Assembly (NCBI RefSeq): GCF_002113885.1
Contig: NW_018404533.1
Span: 126,987-171,918, forward strand
Source: Mizuhopecten yessoensis
Taxonomy: Eukaryota
Direction: 5' to 3'
Length of the DNA: 44,932 nt
The notes below the pieces were generated by a model. That model made no database searches. It was not told where the DNA came from and saw only the letters and a program-made list of their open reading frames with translations. A program made the translations under genes and the position numbers. Shown one piece after another: positions 11,888-24,388 of this stretch; position 1 is the stretch's first letter; every line of letters begins with the position of its first letter.

Positions 11888-12411
11888 GATTTGATATCCA
11901 GCCAGTTCTAATGACAGGATACGTGACTGATTACATCACCACGTGACACGCCTGAACCAATAGTATCAGGACATTCTAGAAAGGGACGTGTAAATCTTTC
12001 TAGTTACCCGGATGAAGTTAACACGTTGGCAGTAGACAAATCTCAGGCTCGAGTCGTCACTATTCAGTGTTTCTGAAGGACACAGACGTCATTGTAACTA
12101 AGACTTGTTATGACCGGTGCTGTGCTTGGTGTCCTGAACTCTATACGGTTCTAATTAAGACAGCAGTGACAAGTTGATGGGTGTATTGTTTCGCCTTAGG
12201 CTCGTCCGGGATCTCTGTTCCCCTGCCAAAATGCTGTATTTATACATTGTAAACTGTTTTTTTCCGGTCTGACCACAAAGCTTTGTGCAATCATTTCTAA
12301 AAAGAAAGCCATGACTTGCGGGAGTTTTTAAGAAAAAAGAAACATTGATAAAATAAACAAAATATAATCGACAGCAGTGGTCCAAGAGTAAGAAATATTA
12401 ATAAACGAAAT

Positions 12412-12490
12412 TAAGGGGAGGTAACTGAACATAAAACAAACCTTACAGTGGCATTTCTAGAGTTTTTGCATCCGGAGGGGCGGGGGATCC
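12412..12490 (+). mobile_element. isolated degenerate right end of element K
   Basis: TTAAGGGGAGGTAACTG...TCTAGAGTTTTTGCA...GGGGATCC, similar to the reverse complement of 24389-24463. Confidence 0.5.
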
Positions 12491-12870
12491 TCTAACCATA
12501 CTTGTTCTGTGTATTCTCCCAACTCAAACTTATTATTATTGGCTTTAGTCTGTATTCACGCTTCCGCATAATTAATCAGCTTATTATTTATCTTAGACGA
12601 ATTCTGCAATTAAAACAGCACCGTCAATGTCTTTAATACATTCCTAAATGAAATTTATTCAACGTATCTTTCCTTCAACGTAATTTATGTTGTCAAAATT
12701 GTATAATAAATACTGGATACCTATATACCCATATTGTTGTCACTATGGTAAAATATCTACATAATACTATATAACCGTTCTGTTGGCCATTTAGTGATAT
12801 CAAAAGATTTTACTCGGTATAAGACAATGATCAAAGGCTTACACTACGGTAAAATAACGGGGGTTTCCGG

Positions 12871-13070
12871 GGGGTTTTACGTCCTTTTCACAGCTATGGT
12901 CATTTAAGGACGTGCCAGGTTTTGGTGATGGTGGAGGAAAGCCGGAGTACCGAGAGAAAAACCACCGACCTGCGGACAGTACCTGGCGACTGCCACATGT
13001 AGGCCTCGAACCCGCGACCCACTGGTGGAGGAATGTCAGACGCCTTAACCACTTGGCCATCGCGTTCCCT
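12871..13070 (-). mobile_element. tRNA-derived SINE (MetaSINE-like), near full length
   Basis: Minus strand: GGGAACGCGATGGCCAAGTGGTTAAGGCG (A box), GGGTTCGAGGCC (B box), core GGTCGGTGGTTTTTCTCTCGGTACTCCGGCTTTCCTCCACC, same tail as the 8578 copy. Confidence 0.9.
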
Positions 13071-14139
13071 CAGATGAAACAATACACAAATGTCTGTGAT
13101 ATAATGATTTTCTGAATAGTAATCAATTCGTAATGTTTATTTCACTTTTGTGTGATATCTATTTCTCCTCTCTAATTCATATTCATCGCCTATTGAACGA
13201 CTCCTTAACTTGTACTCTGTCACTGATAATATCAATATTGGTGATATGAACAATGAAGCCCCATTGAAATGCGACATCAAGATGGCTGACATTTCAAATA
13301 TATCAACTTTAATGGTAGGTCATTACAGAAATGTGAAAACTCCATTTATTCAATAAAAGATATCATATTATATGTGCATCAGTCAGGCGCGATAATATTT
13401 ACTCAAGAATTAATCCACCTAATTGTTTTATTATGTGCGTGTATGTTTCAGGAATATACATTTGTATAACGAGGATGGGCAAATGTTTGAATGAAATTAT
13501 TTACTAAAGGCCGCTTCAGTCCGAATAAATCCCGAGCTATGAATTTAACTACAACATACAAACATATGTTTATTATCTCTATTCTATCATGCCAATAGAA
13601 CGAACTGTATGAGATGCTTGTACTCATGAAGACTGGAGGACGAGGTCAAGGGATCACAGCTAGAGGGAATTGATATTTGACTCTATAGATTAGAATGGAC
13701 AAACAATGTGTAGTCCTTGGTTCGATTCCACACAGGGACGGTTAAAAGTGACGCGAATACATACACTGACTATGACGTAATATGAGAAGTGAGTAAGTGT
13801 TACTAATACTGAAGTAAATTATAAGGGGCTACTCCTCCATCCGCCCTTGGGTCGGGCCAGCTCACGTAATCAAGTCACATGACCTCTTAATTTGTTATAT
13901 TGTTTAGCCTGCTAGATATGCAAAATCAGACGTTTCATCTTAAAATATTCAAAACAGGAGCATAAAATGTATAACTACACAATACAAATTGTTTTGTTTG
14001 TACAAACATTGATCACTTGCGTGATTATGGAACTGTGGGAGGTCTCTGTCGGCTTAGTATTGATTCAGTGGCTGGAACTTGGATCCCGTGCAGTGTACAA
14101 AGGTAGGGAGTGGGTCATTGAGAATTAAACAAAGGTTGG

Positions 14140-15085
14140 TACTTACACCAGAGTAATCCGATCAACTTCACGTAACACTGACACCTGAGTTATCCGATAA
14201 ACTAAAGGTAAACACTGACAACTGAGTAATCCAACCAACTACATGTTAAAACTGGCACCTTAGTAATCTGACCACTACAGGTAAAACCGGCACCTGAGTA
14301 GGGTTAGGGCACAGGGCCACGTTACAATCACACATATGCCATACTGATATGGGGCACAACACACATAAACATACACAAGGGAAGAAGCTTCGTCAGAGCA
14401 CTACCGGTACCGCCAAATTTCAAATGAAGATTTTCAACACTTACTTTTGTTATTTTTTCCAGGGATCTGCGGCGATAGCTTCGGTTTGAATTGTAATAAA
14501 GTAATCCATCATGATTAATTGTGTAATCATTCGTCTAATACATCCAATCATGCACTTTTTCGGAGAATTTGCAGTCTTACCGCCATGATTAACTTGAACT
14601 TGACCCGGAAATGACGAGGGCTTTTCGACATGTCTTTATACCCTACTGCCAAATACTACGGAAAATCCCAAGGGCCCCGAGTAAAGTCTAGTCCCGCAGC
14701 ATATATGTTTTGGCGCAATGTTTAAAACATCATGTCTGGCATCGTGTCCTGGTATGTATTTCACATTTACATAGTCCAATATTTTTGATACAGTAACTCT
14801 TAAGCGTAAACTGTGAAATACATACCAGGACACGATGCCAGACATGATGTTTTAAACATTGCGCCAAAACATATATGCTGCGGGACTAGAATCTACTCGT
14901 AACGTGTAATTTTTACATGTAAATATTGCACATGAGTAATCTGACTACCTACAGAAAAATACGGAAAATGGAATAGTCTAACGGACTGTAGGTAAATATT
15001 GACACCAGCGTAATCCATATAACTACAGGTAAACACCAACACCTTAGTAAACAGACCTACAACATGCAAAATACTGACACCATAG
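14140..15085. repeat. degenerate ~37-bp tandem array split by a ~600-bp nested insertion
   Basis: ACCTGAGTAATCCGA..AACTACAGGTAAACACTGAC units at ~14140-14300, resuming at ~14900-15085. Confidence 0.7.
14687..14890. mobile_element. 204-bp fold-back MITE with perfect 79-bp arms
   Basis: 14687-14765 is the exact reverse complement of 14812-14890 (TCTAGTCCCGCAGC...GCTGCGGGACTAGA); no clear TSD. Confidence 0.85.
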
Positions 15086-15224
15086 TAATAGTATATGTAA
15101 AATAAAATAAGGATCATAATATATTTTATAGACCATTTCTTGCAGGTACACTGTATCTGTACACAAATTACGTACAGAATACTGAAACGTATACCTGTAT
15201 TATTTGTTCAATATGTAACAATCT

Positions 15225-15750
15225 TTAAAATGACACTCGTGCTGTATAAATATTCACATGTCACCTAGCTAAACCAAACTGTTATCTTACGTATGTGACA
15301 CTCTGGCACCTGTTTAAAATGACACGCGTGTTATATAAAAATCACATGTCACCTAACAATACACACCTGTAATCTAACGAATGCAACACTATGACACCTG
15401 TTTAAAATGACGCGTGTTATATAAAATGTAATGTCACCTACCAATACACAACTGTAATCTAACGTAGGAAACATTCTGACATTTGTTTTAAATGACACGC
15501 GTGTAATCTAAAAATCACATGTCATCTACCAATACACACCTGTAATCTAACGTAGGTAACACTCTGACACCTGTTTAAAATGACACGCGTGTAATCTAAA
15601 AATCACATGTCATCTACCAATACACACTTGTAATCTAACGTAGGTAACACTCTCACACATGTTTAAAATAACACGCGTGTAATCTAAAAATCACATGTCA
15701 TCTACAAATACAAAAATGTAATATAACGTATGTAATAATCTGACACCTGA
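15225..15750. repeat. 88-bp minisatellite, ~6 copies
   Basis: TTTAAAATGACACGCGTGTAATCTAAAAATCACATGTC... recurs at 88-bp spacing (15494, 15582, 15670). Confidence 0.92.
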
Positions 15751-16360
15751 CATTTTATACGAACCATAAACCCTCTGTCTAGCTGTGATAGGATCTCTGG
15801 TTAAGGTCTGCTAGACTTGACCATAGACACACTCTGCTATAATATATTATCTACTTCCCATAGGAATTGTCACACTGTTATCACAGCTTCCAGTAAAACC
15901 GCTCAGCAATTGATCTACGAGTCCGTTGGGAAAAGGGTACAGACATGCACCGTCATAAAAGCTATTATGAACAAGGTAAAACCACTGAATATAACGTTGG
16001 AAAAGCACATTTATCTCCGAGTTAGCTATATGTGAATGTCAAAAACAGTTATTCATTGTATATAAGGGCAATTGAGTTATATTGTCAACCTGGAGTGATC
16101 CGTTATTAACCGAGAACGTAGTTCTACAAAATGGTTATCACATCAAAACAGAAATGTTTTCATATATATGTCTACGTAATTTGTTGTCATATGAGTCTCA
16201 AAATCTTAGCCACTGAGACGCTTTACACAGGAGAGATAAGTTGAGGCGTTTTATCGAACAAGAACTCTGAATAAAAAGTAAGGAACTGTCTACTATGACG
16301 AGTTCGTGACTTTTGACCATGTTTTAAGATTTTTGTCGAAGAAAATATTCAAAGAGATTA

Positions 16361-16546
16361 TTCCGTCTTTGCGTATTGCAGAGTTATCTTCTCTTGTGAG
16401 CAGGTATTGATTGTTACGTCATTGGTCTGTGTGAGAAAATTACGTCGTTTTCTCAAATATTGATGACTTTTCTCTCACAAAAAAATGACGTAACAATCAA
16501 TACCTGCTCACAAGAACAGATAACTTTGCAATACGAAAAGACGGAA
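16361..16546. mobile_element. MITE family P copy 2
   Basis: TA-TTCCGTCTTTGCG...AAAGACGGAA-TA; opposite orientation to copy 1. Confidence 0.92.
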
Positions 16547-17783
16547 TAGGAAATGGGACGTATTTGCTGTAGTGTTGTTATTCTCAGTTGTACACAAACA
16601 GTGCAGTAAACTGCGGTGTCTTTCGTAGTCAGACTCGCCTGTAATCCTACTCGGCTGCAGTATTCCTACTCGCTTGTAGTCCTACTCGTGTGTTCTATCT
16701 AGTATTATGGGTTGTGTATGGATTTATTTGTATATCATGCACATTAAATGCATCGTGCGTGACAAACGTGTTTCTGCATTGACTATAAAGCAAAACGTTC
16801 GAGTGACATTGATTTACAACTTCTGTATTTGACCTAATTACAGTAACCACTGAGGTAGAAATGCCATTAAGCCCTTCAAACATGTCCAAACAGGAAGATA
16901 ACTCTTAAATTAGTTGTATAGGGCTAACAGACGAATATTGATCAGTTAATTGCTAAATATATGTATGGGAAATAAAATGAAGAGTGTTGGAAAAAATACA
17001 AAGCGTCGTCGTGAAGTTGTTCCTGTTCTCCTTCAAAAATCTCTTTTGCATGAATGCGTGGGGTTACAATCGCGAGAACTTGATCACGTGACATCTAAAT
17101 GTGGTTTGCGTGGCTTCAAACCGGAAACGGAAATACATTTCGACGCCATTCTAACACGTGACATTTAAACGTAAAACCACTCAAATAAACAACAACTAAG
17201 ACTTTCGTTTTGATGTCACGATATTTATTTTTATATAAACGCTTGCATTTTCTGTTGGATAACGTAGGTCAATGGAACAGGGTTATTTGTGTCTTCTCAG
17301 TTGAATGATTCTTGCGCCAGGTTTAATTTGCATTCATTTTCTTTTTGAACGAGATTAGGTAGATACTTCAGGCCCTACACGTTACAAATAACTATATGTT
17401 CAATAGAAATATTTGTCGTCCTGCAAACGAAAATTAATGTGAATTCATTTGTTGTGACTTTCTGAATCGCGATTGTAGTATATTGATAGTTCGACAATAT
17501 AAAGGATGACCCGGTAATGTGAATGCGCATGCTCAGGGAGATAATTCTAATTGGCTAAATATCCTTCCAAAATTTGCCAACACACCTATCCAAATTATTG
17601 CCCGTGCTTCCCATGTGCCAACACAAAAGTAACACAGTCAGGGTTCGATCGCACATCAAGTTCTTTTTTATGTTTCCAGTATGACAAACTCGTGATAAAA
17701 AAGACGGTGACAAGGGACTGTGTTTCAGATGAAAGATAATACGTGTCTATGTTATCTGACGGAAACCTGTATACATATTGTAT

Positions 17784-18007
17784 AGAGCCGCCGTTGAATA
17801 ATAATTAAGGCGTCTGGCCTTCTACGATCACAATCCGCCAACTAACGGGTCGCGGGTCCAAGGCCTACGTGGGACAGTCGCCAGTTACTTACCGCAGGTC
17901 GGTGGTATTTCTCCGGGTACTCTGGTTTTCCTCCGTTACCAAAACCTGGCACGTCCTTAAAATATCATAGCTGTTAATAGGACATAAAACACAAACAAAC
18001 CAAAACC
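17784..18007 (+). mobile_element. tRNA-derived SINE (MetaSINE-like), degenerate head
   Basis: Core GCAGGTCGGTGGTATTTCTCCGGGTACTCTGGTTTTCCTCC and tail CCTGGCACGTCCTTAAA..GCTGTTAATAGGAC..ACAAACAAACCAAAACC. Confidence 0.85.
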
Positions 18008-19440
18008 AGAGTATACACTGAGCACTCATACACATTAAAGTCGTCATAGATTGAAAACAATAGGAACCGACGACAACAGGACAAAAAGGGGAAACAGGTT
18101 CGTTGAGTTCAATCACTGACATGTCGTGATATTACTGATATAAATGTCCGATTTGAAGTGAGCTTATCTCAAAGTACAAATTAAATATCGCAACGGAACT
18201 TCAACAGTCTTGGTCACTTGAATGATTGATTCAAAGCTAGTCACTGTGCTATTTGAAGCAGACTGTCAAGCGTGGCATTGGCAATTGCGTCATATCCGTA
18301 TCCTAACTGACTATCATTCGTTCACTGTCACCCTCCTTCCTAAGTATTGGGGATATACATAGATTTGAGGGCAAAGTTTAACCATTAACGCTTTGAATGT
18401 AACTTAAAATTCGGTTGATTCATCGAGTGATTACGCATTACAAAATGTATTAAACATACGATCATTGGCTACTAGTGGTTAAAACAATCGCAAGTAAGTG
18501 AAGAAGAAAAGTGAAATATATGAGTTATTCGCGAAATTAGACTAGCTTAATAATAAAAATATCCTTAGCATGGCCGTCTTTTACACCTTACCGATGAGGA
18601 TGGTCATGTGACAGAAGGACCGCGGTGTCCCTAGGGCCGCTCGTTAGATATGGAAAGTTCTGTATGACCTAATTGTGCTATAATGGAGCAATCTGGCCGG
18701 ACGATAAGTGCCGTCTGTCTTGACAGCAATCTGTTTCAATGTAATTTTCCTGTCGTATTTGTTGGAATTGTTTACATTTGAGGAAAATTTGTTTCCAATA
18801 ATTGAAATGTTGATGAGATTAAAAATGACCGATTTGTTTCTACTAGTGGGTCGTGTTCAGAGATAGGTGGTTTGTTTGAACAAAACCTGTTACAATGGGT
18901 TCAGAACGAGTCTGTAAATTGTCACGTCATGCCAATATTGGCTCAATTGAAAATTTACATAAATATCCCATCATGCCTTTGTCACTGATTGATAACGGCA
19001 TCACGTCACGTAGAGACGAGGACCCGGATGTTTTAGGCATTGTATGCTTAAAACGCCATACCATAATCATTTCTGTTCCAGATAAAGAGAGCTTAAAACA
19101 AGCTCCAATATCAAACATTATTTGAAGTGTTCAATAAAAGTCTTAATGGATGTGAATTACAGACTGTCCTTATCACATGATTCACCAAAATATTTCGGAT
19201 TTTTTAGCGTGAATTGATGACGTCATTAGGTTCTATATTCGTCATATCAAATATTAGAGTAAATATGGACACTTTTATACCGTTTAATAGCTAGTGCATA
19301 TGTTTAATAATTTAAAAAAAAAAAATGTTGGGTCACTCCTTAATCAAATATTTAGCAGTGCCTAGGCCTGTGGATAGGGTTGCGGCAGATTTTAATCGTT
19401 CGTAGGATTACGATCGCCTGCTATCTTTAGAGGGAAAATT

Positions 19441-19533
19441 CCATTCAGCTAAACCGATGGAGCGGCGGGCTGGGATGCTGGGAATCGCGGGTTCGATCCC
19501 CGGTCGAAACACGCTACTCTGTTTTCTGTTACA
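19441..19533 (+). other. degenerate tRNA-like fragment (repeat-derived)
   Basis: B box GGGTTCGATCCCC and a weak A box; ends TGTTACA; no cloverleaf. Confidence 0.5.
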
Positions 19534-19686
19534 AAATAATATTGAAATTTGTTAATGTAAGTCTACCGCCATGATTGTTTGTTTTTTTATATAAAAAAAT
19601 ATCAGTGAAAAACACTGTTTGAGTCATGTTTTGACAACAAAGAATCATCAACTAAATGTTTTGAATATTAACAAAAACAAAATAAG

Positions 19687-22108
19687 GAGGGGGGGAGGCT
19701 GTTGTTCTGTTGCCTGGGAGGGGGAGGCTGTTGTTCTGTTGCCTGGGAGGGGAAGGCTGTTTTTATGTTGCCTGGGGAGTGGAAGGCTGTTGTTCTGTTG
19801 CCTGGGAGGGGAAGGCTGTTGTTCTGTTGCCTGGGGAGGGAAAGGCTGTTGTTCTGTTGCCTGGGGAGGGGAATGCTGTTGTTCTGTTGCCTGGGGAAAG
19901 GAAGGCTGCTGTTATGTTGCCTGGGGAGGGGAAGACTGTTGTTCTGTTGCCTGGGGAGGGGAAGGCTGTTGTTATGTTGCCTGGGGAGGGGAAGGCTGTT
20001 GTTCTGTTGCCTGGGGAGTTGAAGGCTGTTGTTCTGCCTGGGGAGGAGAAGGCTGTTGTTATGTTGCCTGGGAAGGGGAAGGCTGTTGTTATGTTGCCTG
20101 GGGAGTTGAAGGCTGTTGTTCTGCCTGGGGAGGAGGAGGCTGTTGTTGTGTTGCCTGGGAAGGGGAAGGCTGTTGTTCTGTTGCCTGGGGAGTTGAAGGC
20201 TGTTGTTCTGTTGCCTGGGGAGGAGAAGGCTGTTGTGCTGTTGCCTGGGGAGGGGAAGGCTGTTGGTATGTTGCCTGGGGAGGGGAAGACTGTTGTTATG
20301 TTGCCTGGGGAGGGGAAGGCTGTTGTTATGTTGCCTGGGGAGGTGAAGGCTGTTGTTATGTTGCCTGGGGAGGGGAAGGCTATTGTTATGTTGCCTGGGG
20401 AGGAGAAGGCTGTTGTTATGTTGCCTGGGGAGGGGAGGACTGTTGTTCTGTTGCCTGGAGAGGGGAAGGCTGTTGTTCTGTTGCCTGGGGAGTTGAAGGC
20501 TGTTGTTTTGTTGCCTGGGGAGGAGGAGGCTGTTGTTATGTTGCCTGGGGAGGGGAAGGCTATTGTTATGTTGCCTGGGGAGGAGAAGGCTGTTGTTATG
20601 TTGCCTGGGAAGGGGAATGCTGTTGTCCTGTTGTTTGGGGAGGAGGATGCTGTTGTTATGTTGGCTGGGGAGGGGAAGACTGTTGTTCTGTTGCCTGGGG
20701 AGGGGGAGGCTGTTGTTCTGTTGCCTGGGGAGGGGAAGGCTGTTGTTGTGTTGCCTGGGGAGGGGAAGGCTGTTGTTATGTTGCCTGGGAAGGAGAAGGC
20801 AGTTGTTCTGTTGCCTGGGGAGGGGAAGGCTGTTGTTATGTTGCCTGGGAAGGGGAAGGCTGTTGTTGTGTTGCCTGGTGAGGGGAAGGCTGTTGTTATG
20901 TTGCCTGGGGAGGGGAAGGCCGTTGTTCTGTTGCCTGGGAAGGGGAAGGCTGTTGTTATGTTGCCTGGGATGGGGAATGCTGGTGTCCTGTTGTTTGGGG
21001 AGGAGGATGCTGTTGTTATGTTGGCTGGGGAGGGGAAGACTGTTGTTCTGTTGCCTGGGGAGTTGAAGGCTGTTGTTTTGTTGCCTGGGGAGGAGGAGGC
21101 TGTTGTTATGTTGCCTGGGGAGGGGAAGGCCGTTGTTCTGTTGCCTGGGAAGGGGAAGGCTGTTGTTATGTTGCCTGGGAAGGGGAATGCTGTTGTCCTG
21201 TTGTTTGGGGAGGAGGATGCTGTTGTTATGTTGTCTGGGGAGGGGAAGACTGTTGTTCTGTTGCCTGGGGAGGGGGAGGCTGTTGTTCTGTTGCCTGGGG
21301 AGTGGAAGGCTGTTGCTATGTTGCCTGGGGAAGGAGAGGCTGTTGTTCTGTTGCCTGGGGAGGAGAAGGCTGGTGTTCTGTTGCCGGGGGAGGGGAAGGC
21401 TGTTGTTATGTTGCCCGGGGAGGGGAAGGCTGTTGTTATGTTGCCTGGGAAGGGGAAGGCTGTTGTTATGTTGCCTGGGAAGGGGAAGGCTGTTGTTCTG
21501 TTGCCTGGAGAGGGGAAGGCTGTTGTTCTGTTGCCTGGGAAGGGGAAGGCTGTTGTTCTGTTGACTGGGGAGGGGAAGGCTGTTGTTATGTGAAGGCTGT
21601 TGTTATGTTGCCTGGGAAGGGGAATGCGGTTGTCCTGTTGTTTGGGGAGGAGGATGTTGTTGTTATGTTGTCTGGGGAGGGGAAGACTGTTGTTCGGTTG
21701 CCTGGGGAGGTGAAGGCTGTTGTTATGTTGCCTGGGGAGGAGAAGGCTGTTGTTATGTTGTCTGGGGAGGGGAAGACTGTTGTTCGGTTGCCTGGGGAGG
21801 GGGAGGCTGTTGTTCTGTTGCGTGGGGAGGGGAAGGCTGTTGCTATGTTGCCTGGGGAAGGAGAGGCTGTTGTTCTGTTGCCTGGGGGGGGGAAGGCTGT
21901 TGTTATGTTGCCTGGGAAGGGGAAGGCTGTTGTTCTGTGGCCTGGGGAGGGGAAGGCTGTTGCTATGTTGCCTGGGGAAGTGGAGGCTGTTGTTCTGTTG
22001 CCTGGGGAGTTGAAGGCTGTTGTTGTGTTGCCTGGGGAGGATAAAGCTGTTGTTCTGTTGCCTGGGGAGGGGAAGGCTGTTGTTATGTTGCCTGGGGAGG
22101 GGAAGGCT
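19687..22108. repeat. 30-bp G-rich minisatellite, ~80 copies
   Basis: Unit GGGGAGGGGAAGGCTGTTGTT(A/C)TGTTGCCT over 2.4 kb. Confidence 0.98.
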
Positions 22109-22114
22109 TAAATA

Positions 22115-22570
22115 ACCCTTAAGGATATATGCTACCTTAATCCGATTTTGCGTATTGCAGAGTTATCTGCTCTTGTGAGCTCGTATTGATTGTTACGTCA
22201 TTTGTTTGTGATAGTAACGTCATCAATTTTTGAGAAAACGACGTAATTTTCTCACACAAACAAATGACGTAACAATCAATACCTGCTCACAAGAGAAGAT
22301 AACTCTACAATTCGGAAAGACGGAATACGTGATTTGTTTCAGAGTTATCTCCCTTATGGATAAATGCCACCTTATACATTCCACCTGTGATTTGTTTCAG
22401 AGTTGTATCACACAAGATATCTGAGATTTGTTATAGAGTTTAGGAGATATACTACATGGTTTATGTTAGAATTGCCTCCCTTGCGGATATACACTACCTT
22501 ATACCATACACTTGTGAGTTGTGTTTGAATGAACGTGATACTACATTACAAGTTATATGTGTTATTTGTG
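22115..22570. repeat. degenerate tandem array related to 1295-1590
   Basis: GATATA..CTACCTTATAC...ACCTGTGATTTGTTTCAGAGTT units. Confidence 0.6.
22140..22325. mobile_element. MITE family P copy 3
   Basis: TA-ATCCGATTTTGCG...AAAGACGGAA-TA; same orientation as copy 1. Confidence 0.9.
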
Positions 22571-23322
22571 TAAGGTTGTCTCCATAAAACAAATTAAAAA
22601 TCAATTACTATATATTAAAAAAGTACCGTTGTAAATTTCATCATATATTGATCAACAATCTTTATTGACATGAACAATTTCGTGGTGTTTTCCCTTTTTG
22701 TTTTGCTGTTTCCTTGGTTCTGGTTTTCAAATATCTTTAATGACTTCGAGTTCTAACGTGTGAGTCTGTAATACCGTGGTTTATGTTTTCGATGTGACGT
22801 CACTCGATATCAAACTGTTGAACTCTTTCGGAACGGATATAACTATCTCGGTAAGATGACATGCAGCCTTAAGCTGAGCAGCCTGTGGGAAACTTGGCTC
22901 TGATTCACGAGACCACGGTGCTACATAGCCGTGCAGAGCCACAAAACACTCGTTCTCATGTAAGTAAACATAAAATGCATAGAAAAGATGTTTTCACAGG
23001 AAAAAACACCAATTAAAGGAGAAATAAGGCTTAGATTGCATGGAATTGAAACAACAAAATACAGGGAAATGAGGATTTTTATGAGACTTGCCGTTCTATT
23101 TGTGAGCTATATAAACAGCTCCGGGAGGCGCTCGTTGACTATAAATGGTATTAATAGCTTCGGTATTGGATCGGCATCCTTGTAATGGCGGCATTTTGTG
23201 ACTTATGGAAAGCAATGCTAGCTACAAAAAAGATTTCTGGTGGGGAGAAGTACATTGGAATTAATTAGAAGACGAATACCGGCAACTGATTCATGTGACA
23301 TAGTTTTACCAGAGAAACATTT

Positions 23323-24250
23323 TTAAGGATCCTCGTACCATTGCCAAAAACTGTAACTTTAAGGATCCCCATACCACTACCAAAACTGTGACTTTAAGGA
23401 TCCCCATACCACTGCCAAAAACTGTAACTTTAAGGATCCATGTACCACTGCCAAAAACTGTATCTTGAAGGATCCCCATACCACTGCCAAAAACTGTAAC
23501 TTTAAGGATCCCTGTAGCACTGCCAAAAACTGTATCTTTAAGGATCCCTGTACCACTGCCAAAACCTGTATCTTTAAGGATCCCCATACCACTGCCAAAA
23601 ACTGTAACTTTAAGGATTCCCATACAACTGCCAAAAACTGTAACTTTAAGGATCCCTGTACCACTGCCAAAAACTGTAACTTTAAGGATCCCCATACCAC
23701 TGCCAAAAACTTTAACTTTAAGGATCCCTGTACCACTGCCAAAAACTGTATCTTTAAGGATTCCCATACAACTGCCAAAAACTGTAACTTTAAGAATCCC
23801 TGTACCACTGCCAAAAACTGTAACTTTAAGGATCCCTGTACCACTGCCAAAAACTGTATCTTTAAGGATCCCCATACCACTGCCAAAAACTGTAACTTTA
23901 AGGATCCCTGTACCACTGCCAAAAACTGTAACTTTAAGGATCCCTGTACCACTGCCAAAAACTGTATCTTTAAGGATCCCTGTACCACTGCCAAAACTGT
24001 AACTTTAAGGATCCCTGTACCACTGCCAAAACTGTAACTTTAAGGATCCCTATACCACTACCAAAACTGTATCTTTAAGGATCCCCATACCACTGCCAAA
24101 AACTGTAACTTTAAGAATCCCCGTACCACTGCCAAAAACTGTATCTTTAAGGATCCCCATACCACTGCCAAAAACTGTGACTTTAAGGATCCCCGTACCA
24201 CTGCCAAAAACTGTATCTTTAAGGATCCCCATACCACTGCCAAAAACTGC
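23323..24250. repeat. 36-bp minisatellite (~26 copies) made of the element K left terminus
   Basis: Unit TTAAGGATCCCTGTACCACTGCCAAAAACTGTAACT, matching the single left end at 2789-2824. Confidence 0.95.
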
Positions 24251-24384
24251 ACAAAAGAGTTTTGAGTACTAGCCTATCGCTTTGCCCGACTGAGCTACCT
24301 TCGCAACATAATTGTATCCAAACGGAAGTTAAGGGGAGGTTACTCTATAAAGGAAAGAAACACAGTGTAATGTGACAGGGATCC
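23327..24384 (+). mobile_element. element K copy C, left end amplified, internally deleted
   Basis: TTAA(23323-26)-GGATCCTCGTACCATTG...; minus-strand A-box remnant CCGACTGAGCTACC (~24287-24300); GTATCCAAACGGAAGTTAAGGGGAGGTTACT...GACAGGGATCC-TTAA(24385-88). Confidence 0.82.
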
Positions 24385-24388
24385 TTAA

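Noticed and set aside
19619-22111. Long ORFs (420, 627, 269 aa and others), superficially Cys/Gly-rich proteins
   Set aside because: All three frames are open only because the 30-bp unit lacks stops; there are register slips and no unique coding flanks.
22790-22970. CRE palindrome TGACGTCA with nearby GTAAG donor-like sites
   Set aside because: Short motifs expected by chance, with no supporting acceptor or ORF.
23323-24250. CRISPR-like array (36-bp repeats)
   Set aside because: No unique spacers, no cas genes, eukaryotic context.
23306-24252. KDPCTTAKNCNF and GILKVTVFGSG repeat ORFs
   Set aside because: Translations of the 36-bp TE-terminus array on both strands, with 35-bp units that shift frame.
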